Shown here: positions 6,159 through 8,604 of the stretch, in pieces
Position numbering within the stretch: the first letter of the stretch is position 1
Layout: each line of letters starts with the position of its first letter
NCBI GenBank assembly: GCA_043228905.1
Contig: JBHGNT010001428.1
Coordinates: forward strand, 1-8,604
Reading direction: 5' to 3'
From: Azolla caroliniana
Lineage: Eukaryota > Plantae > Polypodiophyta
DNA: 8,604 bases
Program-made: the position numbers and the translations under genes
The notes under the pieces: generated by a model
Told to the model about the DNA's origin: nothing
The model's input: the letters and a program-made list of their open reading frames with translations, nothing else
The model's database searches: none

Positions 6159-7219
6159 TGGCCATGTTGACCGGGATCGGACAAAAGAAATACTTGGTAT
6201 TAGCTCAGGAAGATCTCACGAATCAAGTAGAAGGTCGAGCGCTTCAGAGGAAAACGTGTTCCGCGGTATGCCAATTTCTTTTGGAGGAAGTATTTTGCAG
6301 GTACGGGTGCGTAGGACAAGTGATTGCGGACCGGGGAGAACTCGACTCAGACAAAGCTAGGGGATTCTTCGCCAAACACGGAGTTCGGTTATCGTTGACA
6401 ACGACATACAATCCGGAGGCCAACGGGAAAATCGAACGAGGACATAGTCCGATCGTGAAAGCACTTGCGAAGGCATGCGATGGAAAGGTGAAGGACTGGC
6501 CGCAGATGCTTCCGTATGCACTATGGGCGGATCGGACGACGCATAGCTCCGTAACCGGTTACATGCCGGCAGAACTCATGACCGGACAAGCACCGGTAAT
6601 GCCGACGGAAACCGCGATCGCAACATGGACAATGCTACCGTGGAAGGAAGAGATGAGCCGGGAAGAACTACTAGCGGTCCGGATACGACAACTAGAGGGA
6701 AGACCGGCAGACATAGCGGAAGCAATACTCCGACAACAAGAAGCACGATTCCGGAACAAAAGCCGGTTCGACACAAAGCACCGACTACGATCGAGGAGGA
6801 TTGAAGAAGGAGATTGGGTGATCGTCTATGATAGTAGTTTGGACCATCAACATACAACGATGCGGAAATTCGCGAAAAGGTGGTTCGGGCCATAAGAGGT
6901 TCGGAAAGTCTTCGACAACGGAACGTACCGACTGTCCGAGTTGGATGGAACAATACTACGAGTGCCTATAGCCGGGAAGCGGGTGAAGATTTTCAAGAAG
7001 CGGACCGACGACAAACCCTATGTGATCCAAGCCAAGGCCGACAACGAGGAGCAATCGGATGAAGACCACGGTGATGCGGGAAGCGAAGAAAGTGAATTAC
7101 AACTCATAGTCGACATAAGGGGAGAATCGGAGGAAGCTTTGGGTGAAGACGGATATGAGGAATCGAGAACTACGGCACATACCGGAGGATGTGCGGGTTG
7201 GAGGGGGCGAGTGTCGTAG
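6056..7219 (+). pseudogene. pol: Gypsy integrase, N-terminally deleted and out of frame with RT-RH, with in-frame TAA at 6893-6895
   Basis: The frame opens at 6056 with only the CxxC half of the zinc finger (CEKCQ, from 6062). Core motifs are WMVDIV, IADRGE and NGKIERG (D-x34-E). WFGP*EVRKVFDNGTYRL is a GPY motif with Tyr changed to stop. The frame continues as ORF 6941-7219, ending in an acidic tail with no chromodomain. Confidence 0.9.
7200..7211 (+). promoter_or_regulatory. Polypurine tract GGAGGGGG followed by CGAG
   Basis: Purine run 7200-7207, then CGAG, immediately before the TG of the 3' LTR. Confidence 0.8.
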
Positions 7220-7919
7220 TGTATTCCACACACTACGTGAAAACCATAAAATAATATATCCGATTTTAGATACATATAAATAAATAAATAAATAATATAT
7301 CAAAACATTTATCACGTGCATAGGGCAGGATTCGAACCCTGCACCTCCACATAGATAAACCCAAACTTTACCATTGTAATAACTTATCTTTAGTGTTATA
7401 CACATAGATTTAATACGTATACGACCTTTATTTACACATACCTTTATTAAAAGGTAAAAATCATGTATTCTTTAGGGTGTGAATATTTTATTTACACGTG
7501 ACATTAAAAGTGACTCATGCACATCTAGCGTGCATGAGCCCTATACTTAGGAAATGACAAAACATCACATGCACATTTAGTGTGCATGGACACTTTTGGT
7601 GAAAAAGCATGAAGCCATGCTTAGCCTCTTCCATCTTTATATAAGGAGGAGAGAAATATGTATAAGGTTGTTGATTAATATACAAGGATTGATCAATCTA
7701 ATATATTCGTGGGATTCACGAATTTTGCCATCTAAATTACTCTTATAATCTAAATATTGTTTTAAATACACTAAACTCGTGGGATCCACGAGATTGCTAT
7801 CTTACTTCTCTTTCCACTATTCATAACTAGCCTTAAGTTGTATTCCTCTTCCTCCTAGTCAAAAACCTCGGCGGTTCCCACCCGACTCACGCAACGATCC
7901 GGAGCCGAAAGGCACGACA
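7212..7919 (+). repeat. Gypsy 3' LTR (708 bp)
   Basis: Copy of 1237-1940 with one extra TAAA unit and substitutions at 7353, 7403, 7708, 7786 and 7872. Confidence 0.97.
7317..7388 (-). promoter_or_regulatory. Second copy of the tRNA-like Pol III A/B-box cassette (3' LTR)
   Basis: Identical to 1338-1409 except at 7353. Confidence 0.6.
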
Positions 7920-7923
7920 ACGT
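7920..7923 (+). repeat. Right target-site duplication ACGT (4 bp)
   Basis: Partner of GCGT at 1233-1236, with one G/A transition. Confidence 0.8.
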
Positions 7924-8604
7924 TAAATACTCCGAAGTCACGAGAGCAATCCTGACTGAATCAGCTCGGAGAAAGTCTTCCGCCAAAGACTCGGCAGATG
8001 AAGCTTACGTAGTACAAGGTTCGACCGATCGATCGAACAACCGGGGAAGAAATTCTTCCCGATCGTCAAACAATCAGCGAAGCCGGAGCAAGTCCCGGGA
8101 CAACCGAATCTGCAACTATTGCAAGAAACCGGGGCACATCAAAGCCGACTGCCGGGCACTCAAAGCAAAAACCGACAAAGCTCAGAGAGCAGATCAGAAG
8201 AGTAGCCGGCATGAGGAGGTCAACTACGTCGGCTCTTCAGCTGAAATTTTGACGACCGATCCGAACATACTGTCCATAGAGAACCAAGTCGAATCAGAAG
8301 TTCTGCTTACGACTGAGGAATCAAGCACATGGCTCCTGGACTCGGGCGCATCGTATCATGTGACACCTCACCGATCTCAGTTTCGGCAATACTCGAACCG
8401 GCACTCTGACTCAGTTCGAGTCAGAAACTCACAACACTGTGCTATAATCGGAATCGACACCTTAGAGCTCAATCTTCCAGGAGGCTCTACACTCGTACTA
8501 CACAACGTTCGACACGTTCCTGAGCTTTCAAGACCCTTGATCTTAGTCGGACAACTTGACAAAGCCGGCATCCGTGTCAGATTCTCATCAGGAGGGTGGA
8601 CATT
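7924..8604 (+). pseudogene. gag-pol: Copia gag C-terminus, zinc knuckle and protease, continuing 719-1236; open to the window end and absent from the ORF track
   Basis: From 7925 the frame reads KYSEVTRAILTESARRKS ... CNYCKKPGHIKADC (8111-8152) ... WLLDSGASYHVT (DSG at 8339-8347) ... LHNVRHVPELSRPLILVGQLDKAG, with no stops. Confidence 0.92.

Larger units (their letters stand above)
1237..7919 (+). mobile_element. Ty3/gypsy LTR retrotransposon, non-chromovirus, both LTRs present but internally deleted and defective
   Basis: Two near-identical LTRs with TGTCGT...ACGACA ends, PBS, PPT, and domain order Gag-PR-RT-RH-IN. Confidence 0.96.
1..8604 (+). mobile_element. Ty1/copia LTR retrotransposon (partial: end of 5' LTR, PBS, leader, gag, protease), interrupted by a nested Ty3/gypsy element at 1237-7919
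   Basis: LTR-like end CAACA (33-37), iMet PBS TGGTATCAGAGC (40-51), copia gag start (FNGSNFNFWKEQMQDYL), UBN2-type segment (SSLPSSWETFVT). After the insertion come a CCHC knuckle and copia protease WLLDSGASYHVT. Confidence 0.93.

Noticed and set aside
6146-6895. Integrase as a separate gene with its own ATG or a second programmed frameshift
   Set aside because: Similarity extends upstream of the ATG to CEKCQ, the HH half of the zinc finger is missing and no slippery heptamer is evident. A deletion is the simpler explanation.
6893-6895. Programmed stop read-through at this TAA, or at the copia TAG (1079-1081)
   Set aside because: Each is one base from an expected sense codon (TAY in GPY; CAG) and lacks the CARYYA read-through context, so ordinary decay is more likely.
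6941-7219. env-like or chromodomain ORF
   Set aside because: It is in frame with integrase, has no transmembrane segment or signal peptide and shows no chromodomain pattern.
1-8604. Prokaryotic RT system (retron, DGR, group II intron) or CRISPR array
   Set aside because: The RT sits in a standard LTR polyprotein with RNase H, DDE integrase, PBS and PPT, and there is no repeat-spacer array.

Overview
Eukaryotic, most likely land-plant, transposon DNA with no host genes. A complete and young 6.7-kb Ty3/gypsy LTR retrotransposon (1237-7919; 704/708-bp LTRs differing by 5 substitutions and one 4-bp indel) sits in the same orientation inside the gag gene of a Ty1/copia element that runs off both ends of the window. 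Removing the gypsy element plus 4 bp restores the copia gag-pol frame exactly. The gypsy element is atypical of familiar angiosperm lineages: an 18-nt tRNA-Trp PBS, a 4-bp TSD, 4-nt offsets at both priming sites, protease fused to Gag, a likely -1 frameshift (GGAUUUU plus a candidate pseudoknot) between PR and RT, an FLDD RT motif and no chromodomain. This copy is defective (integrase N-terminal deletion with frameshift, GPY-to-stop, protease DHG-to-DHR). The least expected signal is an antisense tRNA-like cassette in both LTRs, with correctly spaced Pol III A and B boxes followed by TTTT. All calls come from reading the sequence by eye. No searches were run, so novelty and lineage are hypotheses.
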